Positions 1 through 9,955 of a DNA stretch of 40,718 nucleotides are shown piece by piece. Below the pieces are notes generated by a model. The model saw nothing but the letters and a program-made list of their open reading frames with translations, was not told where the DNA came from and did not search any database. Numbering within the stretch: position 1 is the stretch's first letter; every line of letters begins with the position of its first letter. The DNA is from an uncultured bacterium (GTDB lineage Bacteria > Planctomycetota > UBA1135 > GCA-002686595), in contig CALSNU010000008.1 of the NCBI GenBank assembly GCA_943787795.1, forward strand, positions 1 through 40,718, given 5' to 3'. The position numbers and the translations under genes were made by a program.

Positions 1-729
1 CCACGCGCTGCCCTCCGGGCCCGCCGAGCTCAGGATCCGCTCCCGGACCCCGCCGGGCACGACGCGGGGTCCTACGCGACGGCCCTCGGCGTCACCCCCG
101 CGCCGGACGGGGCGCAGCCCGTGGCGGGCTGGCACCTGTGGCTGGTGCTCCGGCACGACCTCGCGGCGCTCCGCCAGTGCCTCCAGCGCCGGGTGCGCTC
201 CATCGGGGTCTGGGAGGGCGTGCGGGGCGACGGGCTCCTCGAGGGCGCGATCGACGGCGAGACCTGCGCGCGCGCGGACGACCTCATCGAGCTGACGCAC
301 GCCTTGGCCAGGTTCTGGCAGATCGGCCGCGGCCGACCGGTGACCTGGAAGGACGTCGAGGCATCCGGCGGCGTGAGCGACAGCTTCGAGGCCGCTGCCC
401 GGGAGCTCCTGCTCGAACACGAGCGGGACCCGGCGGCCTTCCTGGCGGCGGTCCGGGGGCTGTCGCGCTTCCGCACCAAGAATGCCGACAAGCTGGAGGC
501 CCACCTCCTTGAGGTCGGGTGCCTCTCCCACGAGGATCCCATGGGGCGCGACGCGCTCGTGGTTCGATCCCTGGCCGCCTGTCCGGAGGTCGCCGAGCGC
601 CTCGGCGAGGCGGCGGCCGCGCACGTGGAGTGGGTGATCGAACTCCTCTCCGCGGCCGAGCCCGGGGCGGCGCCCTCCGAGCAGCCAGCGGGCGATCCAG
701 CCGGGGCTGGCGAGATCGGCTCGCGCTAG
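1..729 (+). CDS. Hypothetical protein, C-terminal part (5' end lies outside the window)
   Basis: Frame 1 is open from base 1 to TAG at 727-729, with GC3-rich codons and helical, protein-like composition (GWHLWLVLRHDL...VEWVIELL). No family recognised. Confidence 0.7.
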   Translation, partial: PRAALRARRAQDPLPDPAGHDAGSYATALGVTPAPDGAQPVAGWHLWLVLRHDLAALRQCLQRRVRSIGVWEGVRGDGLLEGAIDGETCARADDLIELTHALARFWQIGRGRPVTWKDVEASGGVSDSFEAAARELLLEHERDPAAFLAAVRGLSRFRTKNADKLEAHLLEVGCLSHEDPMGRDALVVRSLAACPEVAERLGEAAAAHVEWVIELLSAAEPGAAPSEQPAGDPAGAGEIGSR

Positions 730-746
730 GGGCGGCGCCCGCGGTC

Positions 747-1269
747 ATGGCCCGGTCCCACACGCTCCTCGCGAGGTCCATCCACTGGGGCTTCATCGGG
801 CTCTACGTGTACGGGCTCTCCAAGCAGCTCGACGACCTGGAGGACCTGGAGGAGCCAGGGCTGCTCGAGTTCGAGGTGGCGTTCGCCGTGCTCTTCCTCG
901 CGGTGGTCGTGGCGCGCTACCTCTACATGCGGCGCTTCGAGACCTTCCTCGGGGCGCGCACGCCGCCCTCCCCGGTGCACCGCTGCTTCGCCCGGCTCGT
1001 GCACCTCGCCATGTACGGCTGCCTCGCGATGCTGCCGCTCTCCGGGCTCATGATCGCGGGGCTCTACAGCGCAGGCTTCGAGGACGGCCTCCTTCAGGGC
1101 TTCGCCCTGGGCCTGCACGAGTTCTGCGCCTCCCTCAGCTACGCGCTGATCGCGCTCCACATCACGGCGGCGGTGCCTCTCGCGGCTCAAGGGCCAGGGC
1201 GTCTGGTCGGCGATGGTGCCGGTCTGGCGCGAGGCCCCTGGCGGCGAGGACCCCAGACGCCGATGGTGA
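747..1269 (+). CDS. Cytochrome b561/b-type di-heme membrane protein with an apparent 1-bp frameshift near 1176
   Basis: ATG747. Four hydrophobic helices with His ligands (SIHW, LVHLAMY, GLHE, ALHI). After GTG 1173-1175 an extra C shifts the natural-looking tail LSRLKGQGVWSAMVPVWRE (stop TGA 1267-1269) into another frame. Confidence 0.75.
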
Positions 1270-1601
1270 GCGCGGATACCCCCTCGGCTCAGCGGACCTC
1301 CAGCGGGACCTCCACCGAACCGTCCACCCAGCGAGGCCGTGGCCTCGTCCAGTGAGTTCCACTGGGCCAGGAGAGGCACCCGGCCCCCAACGCCGAGGAC
1401 GTCGGTCCGCGCCGCCGGCCCGTCATCGAGCTCGTCGGCGAAGTCAGCTGGTACGGGGTCGGGGCCCTCGACAGCGACGAGCTCGCCTCGGGCACCTGGG
1501 GAGCGGCTTCGCCGGATCGCCCTTCCCAGGGCAAGGCGCACGTCGGCGCCACCTTCACCTTGACCGGATCGACGCATTCAGTCAGGGTCGTCAGTCCACC
1601 C

Positions 1602-2534
1602 ATGGCCTCGTCCCGTTCGAAATTTCACGGTCTGCGCACCCTCGCTTGCCTCGGCGCCCTGGCGCTGGCCATGCCCGAGACGGGGCAGGCGCAGCAGGTC
1701 AACCTCCTGGACTTCGACGACCTGGTCGGCGCGGGTCCGGTCCCCTCCGGCTACGGCGGAGTCCCCAGCTGGGGATCGTGGGCCTTCAGCGATCTCCCGG
1801 ATCCTGTGCTGCCCCCCTGGAGCGGCCCTTGCCGGATTCGATCCACCGGCCCTCAGCGTCGAATCGAGTTCGGCCGCGACGTCACCTTCGGGAGCGTGCG
1901 CGTGGTCGCCGAAGCGCCGTTCCGGGTGCGCCTGTATCGGGCGGGTCAGCTCGTCTGGACCTCCTCCCAGTTCGCCGCCAACTCCGGCGGCCCGGCGCGC
2001 TGGGTGTATTTTGCCCAGCCGACGCCGGTGGATACGTTCGAGCTTGAGTGCGCCACGGACCGGCACGCGGTCGATGATCTCCTCTACGCGGTCGCCCCGG
2101 TGACCCTCGGCGAGATCTTCTGCTTCCCCAACCAGTTCAACTCCACGGGTGGCTGGGGGGTCCTCGCAGGGAGCGGGAGCGACGTCGCCTCGAGCAATGA
2201 CCTGACGCTGCACGCGACCGACCTCCCGCTGGGCTCCTGGGGCTTCGCGATCGTCAGCGCGACCCAGGGGTTCATTCCGTCGCCCACGGGGCCGGGCTAC
2301 CTGTGCCTCAACGGTTCCATTGGTCGCCTCGTGGCGCCGAGCCAGATCAAGAACTCGGGGTCCATCGGGGCCTTTGACATCTCGATCGACCTGGCGCAGG
2401 TCCCCACGCCGACCGGGTTCGTCGCCACGTCCGCTGGCGACACCTGGAACTTCCAGGTCTGGTACCGCGACGTGGGGTCGGGTCCCTTCCCAACCTCGCA
2501 CTTCACCAGCGGCGTCGAGATCACCTTCCAGTGA
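1602..2534 (+). CDS. Secreted protein with a conserved C-terminal domain (C..NSTG...LC..G..GR...FQ.WYRD...ITFQ)
   Basis: Signal peptide (LACLGALALAMPETGQA-Q). The C-terminal ~130 aa are clearly homologous to those of the convergent gene at 2667-4331. Confidence 0.85.
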   Translation: MASSRSKFHGLRTLACLGALALAMPETGQAQQVNLLDFDDLVGAGPVPSGYGGVPSWGSWAFSDLPDPVLPPWSGPCRIRSTGPQRRIEFGRDVTFGSVRVVAEAPFRVRLYRAGQLVWTSSQFAANSGGPARWVYFAQPTPVDTFELECATDRHAVDDLLYAVAPVTLGEIFCFPNQFNSTGGWGVLAGSGSDVASSNDLTLHATDLPLGSWGFAIVSATQGFIPSPTGPGYLCLNGSIGRLVAPSQIKNSGSIGAFDISIDLAQVPTPTGFVATSAGDTWNFQVWYRDVGSGPFPTSHFTSGVEITFQ

Positions 2535-2666
2535 AGGCACAGGGCGCCGGTCGGCCGCGGCTGTGCGACATGAGGCCGAGCGCAGCGTGGAGCGGCCGGG
2601 CGGGGGAAGGGATCGCGAGAGGCCAGGGGCCGGTCCGTCGGATGGGGGCGGAGCGCTCCCATCCGG

Positions 2667-4331
2667 TCACTGGAACGTGACGCAGAGGGAGCCTGTCAGG
2701 TTGTTGCCCCGGGGGCCCTGGGTGTCGCGGTGCCAGGCCTGGAAGTACCAGGTGTCGCCCGGGAGCACGGCCACGGCGCCGGTCCCCAGGGGGATAGCGG
2801 TCAGGTCCACGGTGAAGTCCGCGCGGCCGGCGGCGCTGGACAGGGTGACCTGCTGGAGGAAGCGTCCGAGCACGCCGCCGATGCAGAGGTTGCCGTTGCT
2901 GTTGCCCGCAGCGAAGGGCGTGAAGACCGACGTCCTCGAGGCGAGGAGGAGCGTGGCCTGGGTCGGCGGGAGGCTGGCGGCCGCGAGGGTGCAGTCGTTC
3001 AACGGGACGGACGGAGAGCCGAGCCCGGTGAGGGTCCCCGTGAGGCCGGTGGAGTTCGGCACGGCCACGCAGGTCGGGTCGGGGGCGCCAAGCGTCTCGG
3101 TGAGGGGCAAGAGGTACGCGGCGCCGGCCTGGTCGCCGAGCTCGTCCTCGAGGAACGCGCCCACGATCGCGCGGCCGCCGTCCAGGGCCAAGGCGTAGCC
3201 GAAGGCGTCGCCCGGCTCGGGGTCCGTGGGGACGAGCTTGCCGAGCTCCAGCCCCGTGGCGAGGTCGAACTCCCAGGCGACGCCGCCGATCGCGGCGGAG
3301 GGGGCCCCCACGAGGACCCGCTCGTCGTCCATGGCCAGGGCCGACCCGAAGGCGGTCCCGAAGGGGTCCTCGGAAGGGATCAGCTCGAAGAGCTGGCCGC
3401 CCGTGGCCACGTCGAACACGTACACCGCGGGGTCCCCTGGGATGAAGCCGCTGGACCGGAGGCTCGAGACCGCGGCGCGCTGCCCCTCGAGGTCGACGTC
3501 GGTGCCAAAGAAGTCGATGGGCGCGCTGACGTCAGGCGTGATCTTCCTCAGCTGCTGCCCCGTCGCCGCGTCGAACAGGTACGCGGCGCCCGACGAGACG
3601 CCGTTGCTGTCCTCCCCGTACGCGCCGACCAGGGCGAGCCCGCCGCTGATCGCGACGCTGATCCCGAAGTAGTCGTCCTCCTCGCCGTCGGCGGCGAGCA
3701 GCTTCGCGACCTGCTGCCCCGTGGACAGGTCGAACACGTAGGCGGACCCCGAGTTCTCTCCGAGGTCGTCGTCCCCGAAGGCGCCGACGATACCGAGCCC
3801 ACCGCCCACGTCGACCGCCGAGCCGAAGCGGTCCTCGGGAGCGCCGTCGGTCGGGAGGAGCTTGCGCAGCTGCTGGCCGGTCGCGACGTTGAAGACGTAC
3901 GCGGAGCCGGAGTTGGGGCCGTTGTCGTCGTCGCCCCCGGCGGACACCAGCGCCGTCGTCCCCTCGAGCGCGATGTGGTCGCCCAGGAGGTCGAAGGCGG
4001 CCCCGTCGAGGGCGGTGAGCTTGCGAAGCTCCGCGCCGGTGGCGGCGTTGAAGACGTACACGGAGCCCGACTGGGACCCGTTGTCGTCATCGAGGCGGGC
4101 ACCCACGATGGCGGTGCCCCCGCTGATGGCCACGTCCACGCCGAAGTAGTCCTCCTGGAAGCCGTCCGAGGCGATCAGCTTCAGGGAGGTCTGCGCCCAT
4201 GCGCCCGCGGAGAGGGTCGAGAGGGCGAGCGCCCAGAGGGAGGCCTTCAGCGCACGGGCACGCCGCCGTGGAGCCCTCGCTGTGGGTCCGGGTGCGGTCG
4301 CCGTGGGGGGGAGAGCGTCGGCGATCGTCAT
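2667..4331 (-). CDS. FG-GAP (integrin-alpha-like beta-propeller) repeat secreted protein with the same C-terminal domain
   Basis: Signal peptide ending AWA-Q. About seven repeats of D.FG..VAI.G..A.VGA..DD..G..SG.AYVF. C-terminus GDTWYFQAWHRD...LCVTFQ. Start codon uncertain. Confidence 0.9.
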   Translation of the reverse strand: MTIADALPPTATAPGPTARAPRRRARALKASLWALALSTLSAGAWAQTSLKLIASDGFQEDYFGVDVAISGGTAIVGARLDDDNGSQSGSVYVFNAATGAELRKLTALDGAAFDLLGDHIALEGTTALVSAGGDDDNGPNSGSAYVFNVATGQQLRKLLPTDGAPEDRFGSAVDVGGGLGIVGAFGDDDLGENSGSAYVFDLSTGQQVAKLLAADGEEDDYFGISVAISGGLALVGAYGEDSNGVSSGAAYLFDAATGQQLRKITPDVSAPIDFFGTDVDLEGQRAAVSSLRSSGFIPGDPAVYVFDVATGGQLFELIPSEDPFGTAFGSALAMDDERVLVGAPSAAIGGVAWEFDLATGLELGKLVPTDPEPGDAFGYALALDGGRAIVGAFLEDELGDQAGAAYLLPLTETLGAPDPTCVAVPNSTGLTGTLTGLGSPSVPLNDCTLAAASLPPTQATLLLASRTSVFTPFAAGNSNGNLCIGGVLGRFLQQVTLSSAAGRADFTVDLTAIPLGTGAVAVLPGDTWYFQAWHRDTQGPRGNNLTGSLCVTFQ

Positions 4332-4489
4332 GGCGGCGGCTGGCTGGCGAGGATGGGGGAGGCCGCCGGACTCAGCAGAGCTCCGGCCCGTTCCAATGGT
4401 CGATCGTACCGTCGGTGCGACCGGATGCCTCGAAGTCTCGAATTGCGCGCGGACCTGGGGCCACGCCAGCGGGCCCCGCGGGTCGGAGC

Positions 4490-7378
4490 CTACCGGGGCT
4501 CCACTGGACCGCGGAGGATCTCCTCGATGGTCCCGTCGGGGGAGAGCATCAGGGTCGTCGGCAGGGGCAGCCGCGCCAGGTCGACCACGTCCTGGATCGT
4601 ACGGACTCCGGGCCTTGGGTCTCCGGCGAGGTGCACGCCGAGGGCGGGGGCTCGCTGGCCCAGCAGCTCGAGCGCCCGGGCCCGGTCCGAGGGGGCGTCC
4701 ACGGAGACCGCGATCACCCGCATGTCCTCGCCTGCGTCCCACTCCTCAAGGAGCGGGAGCTCGGCCACGCAGGGTGCGCAGTAGCTGGCCCACAGGTTCA
4801 GAGCGACGCGCTCGCCGGTGGCGGCGGGGTCGATGAGCACCTGCGCCCCGCTCGCGTCGAGCACCTCGAAGGGCGCGACCTTGTCGCCCACGTTCACGAG
4901 GAGCCCCCTGGGCTTGGGGTCCTCGAGGACCCGCGGGACCGCGCCGTAGGAGGCGGCGACGCCCGCCCCTTCCACGAGCAGCGCGCGGGCGCCGGGCTTC
5001 AGGTCACCGAAGCTCTCGACGGCGCCGCCGGGCCAGCGGACCGTCACCGTGGCGGCCGTGGCGCCACCGAGCCCGAAGATGAGCTCGGGCGCCTGGCAGG
5101 AGATGAAGCCAGCGCCGCGGGAGAGCACCTGGCTCACCTTGCGCTCGCCGGCCACGACCTCCACCTGGGCGCCGATCGCCTCGGCGTTGCCGGTGGTGGC
5201 GCGCAGCTTGACCTTCACGAAGCCCGGCGCGGTGCCGAGGTCGTTGCGATACATGGCGTGGCGCTCGCGCTGGGTCTCGTGGACGAAGAGGTCCACGTCC
5301 CCGTCGTCGTCCGCGTCGAAGGCGATCACGGCGCGGCCGTCATTGGAGGAGTCCGCGCCGGAGAGGTCCGAGAGGTCGAGGAAGGACCCCGCGCCGTCGT
5401 TGATGAACAGCTTGTCCCGCTCGTTGCCGCTGAAGGAGCGGCCCTCGGCGAAGATCTGCCCGTTGTGCCGGGCCAGGAAGCCGTCGTTGCCGACCTCCTC
5501 GCGGGAGAACTTGCCGGACTCGGGGGTGGAAGAGCAACTCGACGCCACCACGTGGCGCCAGTAGGTGCTTCATGTGTCGAAGGCGAGCTCCCCCGTCACG
5601 AACCCGTTCGTGCAGAAGATGTCGAGGTCGCCGTCCAGGTCCACGTCGAAGAGCGCCGGGGACCAGGCCCAGCTGGCGCCGATGCCGCCGCGGTCGCCTG
5701 GGATGCGGGCGAAGCTGTCCCCGTCGCGGGTGAAGATGGAGTTGCCGGCGGCCAGCTTCTTGAGCAGGGCGTGGGTCTCCTTGTCGATGTCCTCCTCGAG
5801 GCGGCCGAGGATCCGGCTGCCCGCCGTGGAGGACATGTTCGAGACGTACAGGTCCAGGGAGCCGTCGCCGGTCAGGTCGCCAAAGGAGGCGCCCATGCCG
5901 CTGCCCTTGTCGACCACGCCCTGGGCGTCGGAGCCGTCCAGGAAGGTGCCGTCCCCCTGGTTGATCCAGAGGCGGTTGGAGCCGTAGTCGTTGGCGACGT
6001 ACAGGTCCGCGTCTCCGTCAAGGTCCACGTCCGCGGACGCCGCCGCGTAGCTCCAGCGAACGTCCTTGATCCCCGCGGCCTCGGCCACGTTCTCGAAGCC
6101 GAGGAACGCGCCGTCTTCGTCGGTGCCCAGGTTCCGCAGGAGCCCGTTGGGGGAGCCGTTGGTGGCCTCGGTCCATGAGTTGTTGTGCTCCACGTCCACC
6201 CGGCCATAGCCGCAGATGTGAACGTCCAGCCACCCGTCGCCGTCGAAGTCGAGGACGGTGAGGGTGTAGGCCACGAAGGGCTCCTGGAGCCCGGGCCCGC
6301 CGGGGGCGTCGGTGAACTGGCCGCCGCCGTCGTTGAGGAAGATCCGGCAGCGCTCGCCGCCCATCTTCCCGCCCGCCAGCGGCCAGCCGGTGAGCCCCAC
6401 CATCAGGTCCTGGTCTCCGTCGTTGTCGCAGTCGAAGAAGACCGCGCCCGTGCCGCGGTCGGGGCTCCCCACGCCGCGCTCGTCGGCCTCGTCCGACCAG
6501 GTGCCGTCGGGCTGGGCGATGTAGAGGAAGTTCTGGTCGTCGCTGGGGACGAACAGGTCCCAGTCGCCGTCGCCGTCCACGTCGCCCGCGGCGGCGCCGT
6601 TCCAGTGGAAGCTGTTGTTCGCGTCCGTGCCGAAGCGGGCCCAGGTGTGGGCGAGCCCTGTGGACGCGGCGACCTCCGTGAAGAGCGGCGCCGAGCGGCG
6701 CTCCACCTCCCACTTGTGCAGGAGGAGCTGGTCCACGAGGTAGCGTCCGCGGGTGCGGGTGACGCGGGCGTCGCCGCGACCGTGCACGGAGACCATGCCC
6801 CCTGAGGCGTCCACGCCGGTGATGTGGATCTTCAGGTCGAGGCGCCCCCAGCGGGAGCGGCCGCGCTGGAAGCTCGCACCCTTCACCTTCCAGAGCATCG
6901 AGTCCACGCTGCGCCACTCGCCGAGCAGGGAGCGGAGCGACGCCATGAAGCCCTCGCGTCCGACGCCGGCAGAGGAGGCCACGTCGTACTTGATGCGCTC
7001 CACGCCGAGGGGGAGGGCCGTGCGGCTCGCCGCGGCGTGTCCCACCATGGCGTGCGCGGCGAGCTCCGGTGAGAACCACTCCTGGGCCTGATCGAACTGA
7101 CGCTTGCGCAGGACCTCGGCGAACTCGATCAGGCTGTCCGCCAGGGCCTCGGTCTCGTCCTCCACGGCCTCGACGCTGGTGACCGGGCGGTCCGGGGAGG
7201 CGATGCCGTCGGGGAGCTCGACGGGAACGTCCAGGGAGGCCGTTGGCGCGCGTGCGCCGGGGGCCTCCACCGAGGGGGTCTCGTCCCCGCCGCCGCATCC
7301 CGGCGCGGTGCCGAGAACCAGGGCCAGGGAGAGAGCGATGAGCGGGGCGGTGACAGGTTGGGCGGGTCGGGGGATCAT
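4490..7378 (-). CDS. CRTAC1-like lipoprotein (FG-GAP/VCBS repeats + ASPIC/UnbV + TlpA-type thioredoxin domain) with in-frame TGA at 5572-5570, candidate selenocysteine U603
   Basis: The 5570..7840 and 4490..5551 ORFs share one frame and are separated only by TGA: NGFVTGELAFDT-TGA-STYWRHVVASS. DxDxDGDxD repeats occur on both sides. The downstream part has AIGAQVEV...LIFGLG...VTVRWP (ASPIC/UnbV) and NLWASYCAPC (CxxC). Lipoprotein-like signal TAPG-C. SECIS-like hairpin follows the TGA. Confidence 0.8.
5533..5572 (-). promoter_or_regulatory. Putative bacterial SECIS element (UGA + hairpin)
   Basis: mRNA reads UGA AGCACCUAC UGGCGCCAC-GUG-GUGGCGUCG AGUUGCU: 9-bp upper stem with two G-U pairs, GUG loop starting 18 nt after UGA, and a possible lower stem AGCA/UGCU. 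Confidence 0.7.
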
Positions 7379-7696
7379 CTGGGCGGACGATACGAGAGGA
7401 GATGGGACCAGTGAGAGCTTTATCGGAAGGTGGGCGCGTCGGTCTTCTCTGCCAGACGGCAGATTCTGGGCGCGAGGCGCTCTGGGCTCTCCCTGGAACT
7501 CCAGGGGCCGTGCACCGCCGGTCGGGGTGCGACATCTGGGCCGTCCCGGGACACGGGGCGGCGGCCGGCAGAGGGTGGCGTCCGCTGCCTTCTCCATCGG
7601 GCAGCAGGATCGTCGTGTCGCAGGGCCCTTGGGCCGAGGGGGCATGGGGCGGTGGGCCCATTGCCCGGGGGGAGCGGTCGTGACACCATCCGACCC

Positions 7697-8614
7697 ATGC
7701 GCGTCGTGTACGTCCTCGCCGAGTACAGCCTCCACAATCACATCGTGGAGTCTCACCGCCTCGCCCGACCTGGGGACCACATCGCCGTCTGCAAGGTGCC
7801 GCTGGTGCTGCGCGGGAAGAGCCGCTCGGAGACGGTCCACCGGATCGTGCCCAAGCTCTCCCAGCGCTTCCTCGCCGGGAAGGTCGTGGAGGGGCTCGCG
7901 CTGCTGGCGATCACGGCGCTGCCCAAGCTGATGGGGAGGGGCCCGGTGTTCCGGCGGCTACGGACCATCGCGCGTCGCCATCGCCTGCCGTTCCATCGGA
8001 CGGAGGACATCATGTCGGCCGAGACCCTGGGGTTCATCAGGGAGCAGCGGCCCGACCTCGTGGTGACGCTCTTCCACCAGATCGTGCGGCAGGCCTTGAT
8101 CGACCTTCCGCGGCTGGGGGTCGTGAACATCCACCCCGGTCTGATCCCGCACTTCCGCGGGATCCAGCCCTACTTCTGGGAGCTGAGTGAGGGCAGCGAG
8201 CGCGCCGGGGCGACCGTTCACTTCATCGAGGACGAGTCCGTGGACAGCGGCGGCGTCCTGGCGCAGACGAGCTACGAGGTCCCGGCGGGGATCAGCGTGC
8301 AGCGCAACTACTACCTCACCTGTCGGGCTGCGGGCCGGCTGATGCCCCGGGTGATCGCTGGCCTCGAGTCCGGATCCCTGAAGCCAGAGGACCAGGACCC
8401 CGACGCGGGGGCGTACTGGCGATGGCCCGACAGCGCGGCCTTCGACCGCCTTCGGGGACGGGGCCACTCGCTGGTGTCCTGGCGGCAGCTCGTGGGGCTG
8501 CTGGCCGGCGCAGACGACGATCGCCCGGCGCTCGAGCGGCTGGGCGCCGAGACGGCGGGTGCCCTGGGTGGACCCGGCGCAGGCGCTCCGGAGGGGCCGC
8601 TGCACGGCGGCTAG
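7697..8614 (+). CDS. Formyltransferase family protein (Fmt/PurN-like N-terminal domain)
   Basis: Motifs VVNIHPGLIPHFRG..PYFW and GATVHFI...VDSGGVL, which carry the Asn/His/Asp catalytic residues. Confidence 0.88.
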   Translation: MRVVYVLAEYSLHNHIVESHRLARPGDHIAVCKVPLVLRGKSRSETVHRIVPKLSQRFLAGKVVEGLALLAITALPKLMGRGPVFRRLRTIARRHRLPFHRTEDIMSAETLGFIREQRPDLVVTLFHQIVRQALIDLPRLGVVNIHPGLIPHFRGIQPYFWELSEGSERAGATVHFIEDESVDSGGVLAQTSYEVPAGISVQRNYYLTCRAAGRLMPRVIAGLESGSLKPEDQDPDAGAYWRWPDSAAFDRLRGRGHSLVSWRQLVGLLAGADDDRPALERLGAETAGALGGPGAGAPEGPLHGG

Positions 8615-8734
8615 GAGCCCGGTCTCCGCGGCGCAGGAGGGCGCCTTCAGCGGCGAGAGAGAGACCGCCACCTGGAGCGCGGCAGATGAAGGCTCCTTCT
8701 CCGAGCCTCAACGCGCCCCAGGCGCGGCCGGCGA

Positions 8735-9235
8735 TCAGTCCTCGTCGCAGCAAGGGGTGCCGCGCAACGCGGTCACGTGGGCGGTGACCAGCAGCAGCCC
8801 GCCGGCCATGGTGAGCAGGCTCGCGAGGGGGACGAAGAGGTTGGATTCCTGCACCGAGGCGCAGCATTCGTCTACGCAGCCCGTGGACTCCTGGAGCGCG
8901 AGCCAGCTGGGACAGGGCAGGTTCACGCCGACGGTCTGGGCCCAGGCGGACCCGGGCACGGCGAGGCCGAGGAGGATCAGCACCGACCCCACGGTGGCCA
9001 GGGCGGTGAGCACCCGTCGGACCTGCGGCGTCACGCGCCGCATGTTCCGCCGCAGGAGCGAGATGGCCGCAGGCAGTGAGACCGCGGCGAACGCCCAGTG
9101 GGTGGCCGGAGAGGTCCAGACGCCGCCGATGAGCGGGGCGAAGGCGAGGATGACCGGTGCCGCCATGCAGTGGATGGCGCAGGTCCCTGCGGCGACCACG
9201 CCGAGGCGGTCCGCGATGTGGGGTGTCAGTTGCAT
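8735..9235 (-). CDS. MerC-family membrane protein (metal uptake-like), Cys-rich
   Basis: N-terminal DRLGVVAAGTCAIHC motif typical of the MerC domain, four TM helices, TAH near the C-terminus, extra CVDECC and terminal CCDED. Confidence 0.8.
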   Translation of the reverse strand: MQLTPHIADRLGVVAAGTCAIHCMAAPVILAFAPLIGGVWTSPATHWAFAAVSLPAAISLLRRNMRRVTPQVRRVLTALATVGSVLILLGLAVPGSAWAQTVGVNLPCPSWLALQESTGCVDECCASVQESNLFVPLASLLTMAGGLLLVTAHVTALRGTPCCDED

Positions 9236-9260
9236 GGGGCGGTCATGGGGCGCGGCGGAT

Positions 9261-9941
9261 TCACCCTTCCTCGATGGCGGCTTGCGCGCGGATCCATCGC
9301 AGCCGCCGGGCTGCGGGCTCGAAGGTCGGCTTCACCTCGCTACATGTCTCGTAATGCCGCTCGGCGACCTCGAGTTCCCCGAGATCTTCAGCAATCAGCC
9401 CGCGGTGATAGTGGCTCCGCCATGAGGTCTCACCGGCGAGGGCGTCGGCCCGGTCCAGGGCCTCGAGCGCCTCGGCGTAGCGCTGCTCCACGAAGAGCAG
9501 CGCCGCGTGGGCCTCATGGAGGCCTGGCGAGTCTGGCCGGGTCCTCAGCGCGCTCTCGACCCGGCGGTGTGCCCCGGCCAGGTCGCCGCTGCGGGCGGCC
9601 ACCTGCACCGAGAGCTGGACGGCGTCGACGTTGTCGGGCTCGGCCTTGAGAGCCAGGTCGAGCAGCGAGACGGCCCGGTCGGCGCGGCCCGTCTCGATGG
9701 ACAGGGCCGCGTCCGCGATCAGGGTCGGGACGTGCTCTGGGTGCTGGAGGCTCAGGGAACGCAGGTCCCGTGCGAGCTCCGGTGCGGGAGCGTCAGGGGC
9801 CTCGAGCAGCTGTCCGAGCCGCTCGTCCGCCGACGGTCGCTCCGTGAGGGGTGGCGTCAGACACCCGGTGAGCGGGGCGCTGAGGGCCAGGCCGACCAGG
9901 AGAGCCGGGAGGGCCGGGAAGGAGGGGGTCGATCGAGGCAT
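9261..9941 (-). CDS. TPR lipoprotein, TadD-like pilotin
   Basis: Lipobox LTG-C, several TPR helical repeats, last pilus gene of the tad cluster. Confidence 0.75.
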   Translation of the reverse strand: MPRSTPSFPALPALLVGLALSAPLTGCLTPPLTERPSADERLGQLLEAPDAPAPELARDLRSLSLQHPEHVPTLIADAALSIETGRADRAVSLLDLALKAEPDNVDAVQLSVQVAARSGDLAGAHRRVESALRTRPDSPGLHEAHAALLFVEQRYAEALEALDRADALAGETSWRSHYHRGLIAEDLGELEVAERHYETCSEVKPTFEPAARRLRWIRAQAAIEEG

Positions 9942-9955
9942 AGGTACGGACCGGA

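Noticed and set aside
1289..1577. Possible minus-strand gene remnant (…ELVAVEGPDPVPADFADELDDG…WVDGSVEVPLEVR)
   Set aside because: The protein-like pieces lie in different frames with no recognisable family or credible start, so it is too weak to call.
8735..9235. Mercury-resistance operon or transposon
   Set aside because: Only a MerC-like domain is present. No merA/merR/merT/merP, transposase or terminal inverted repeats were seen.
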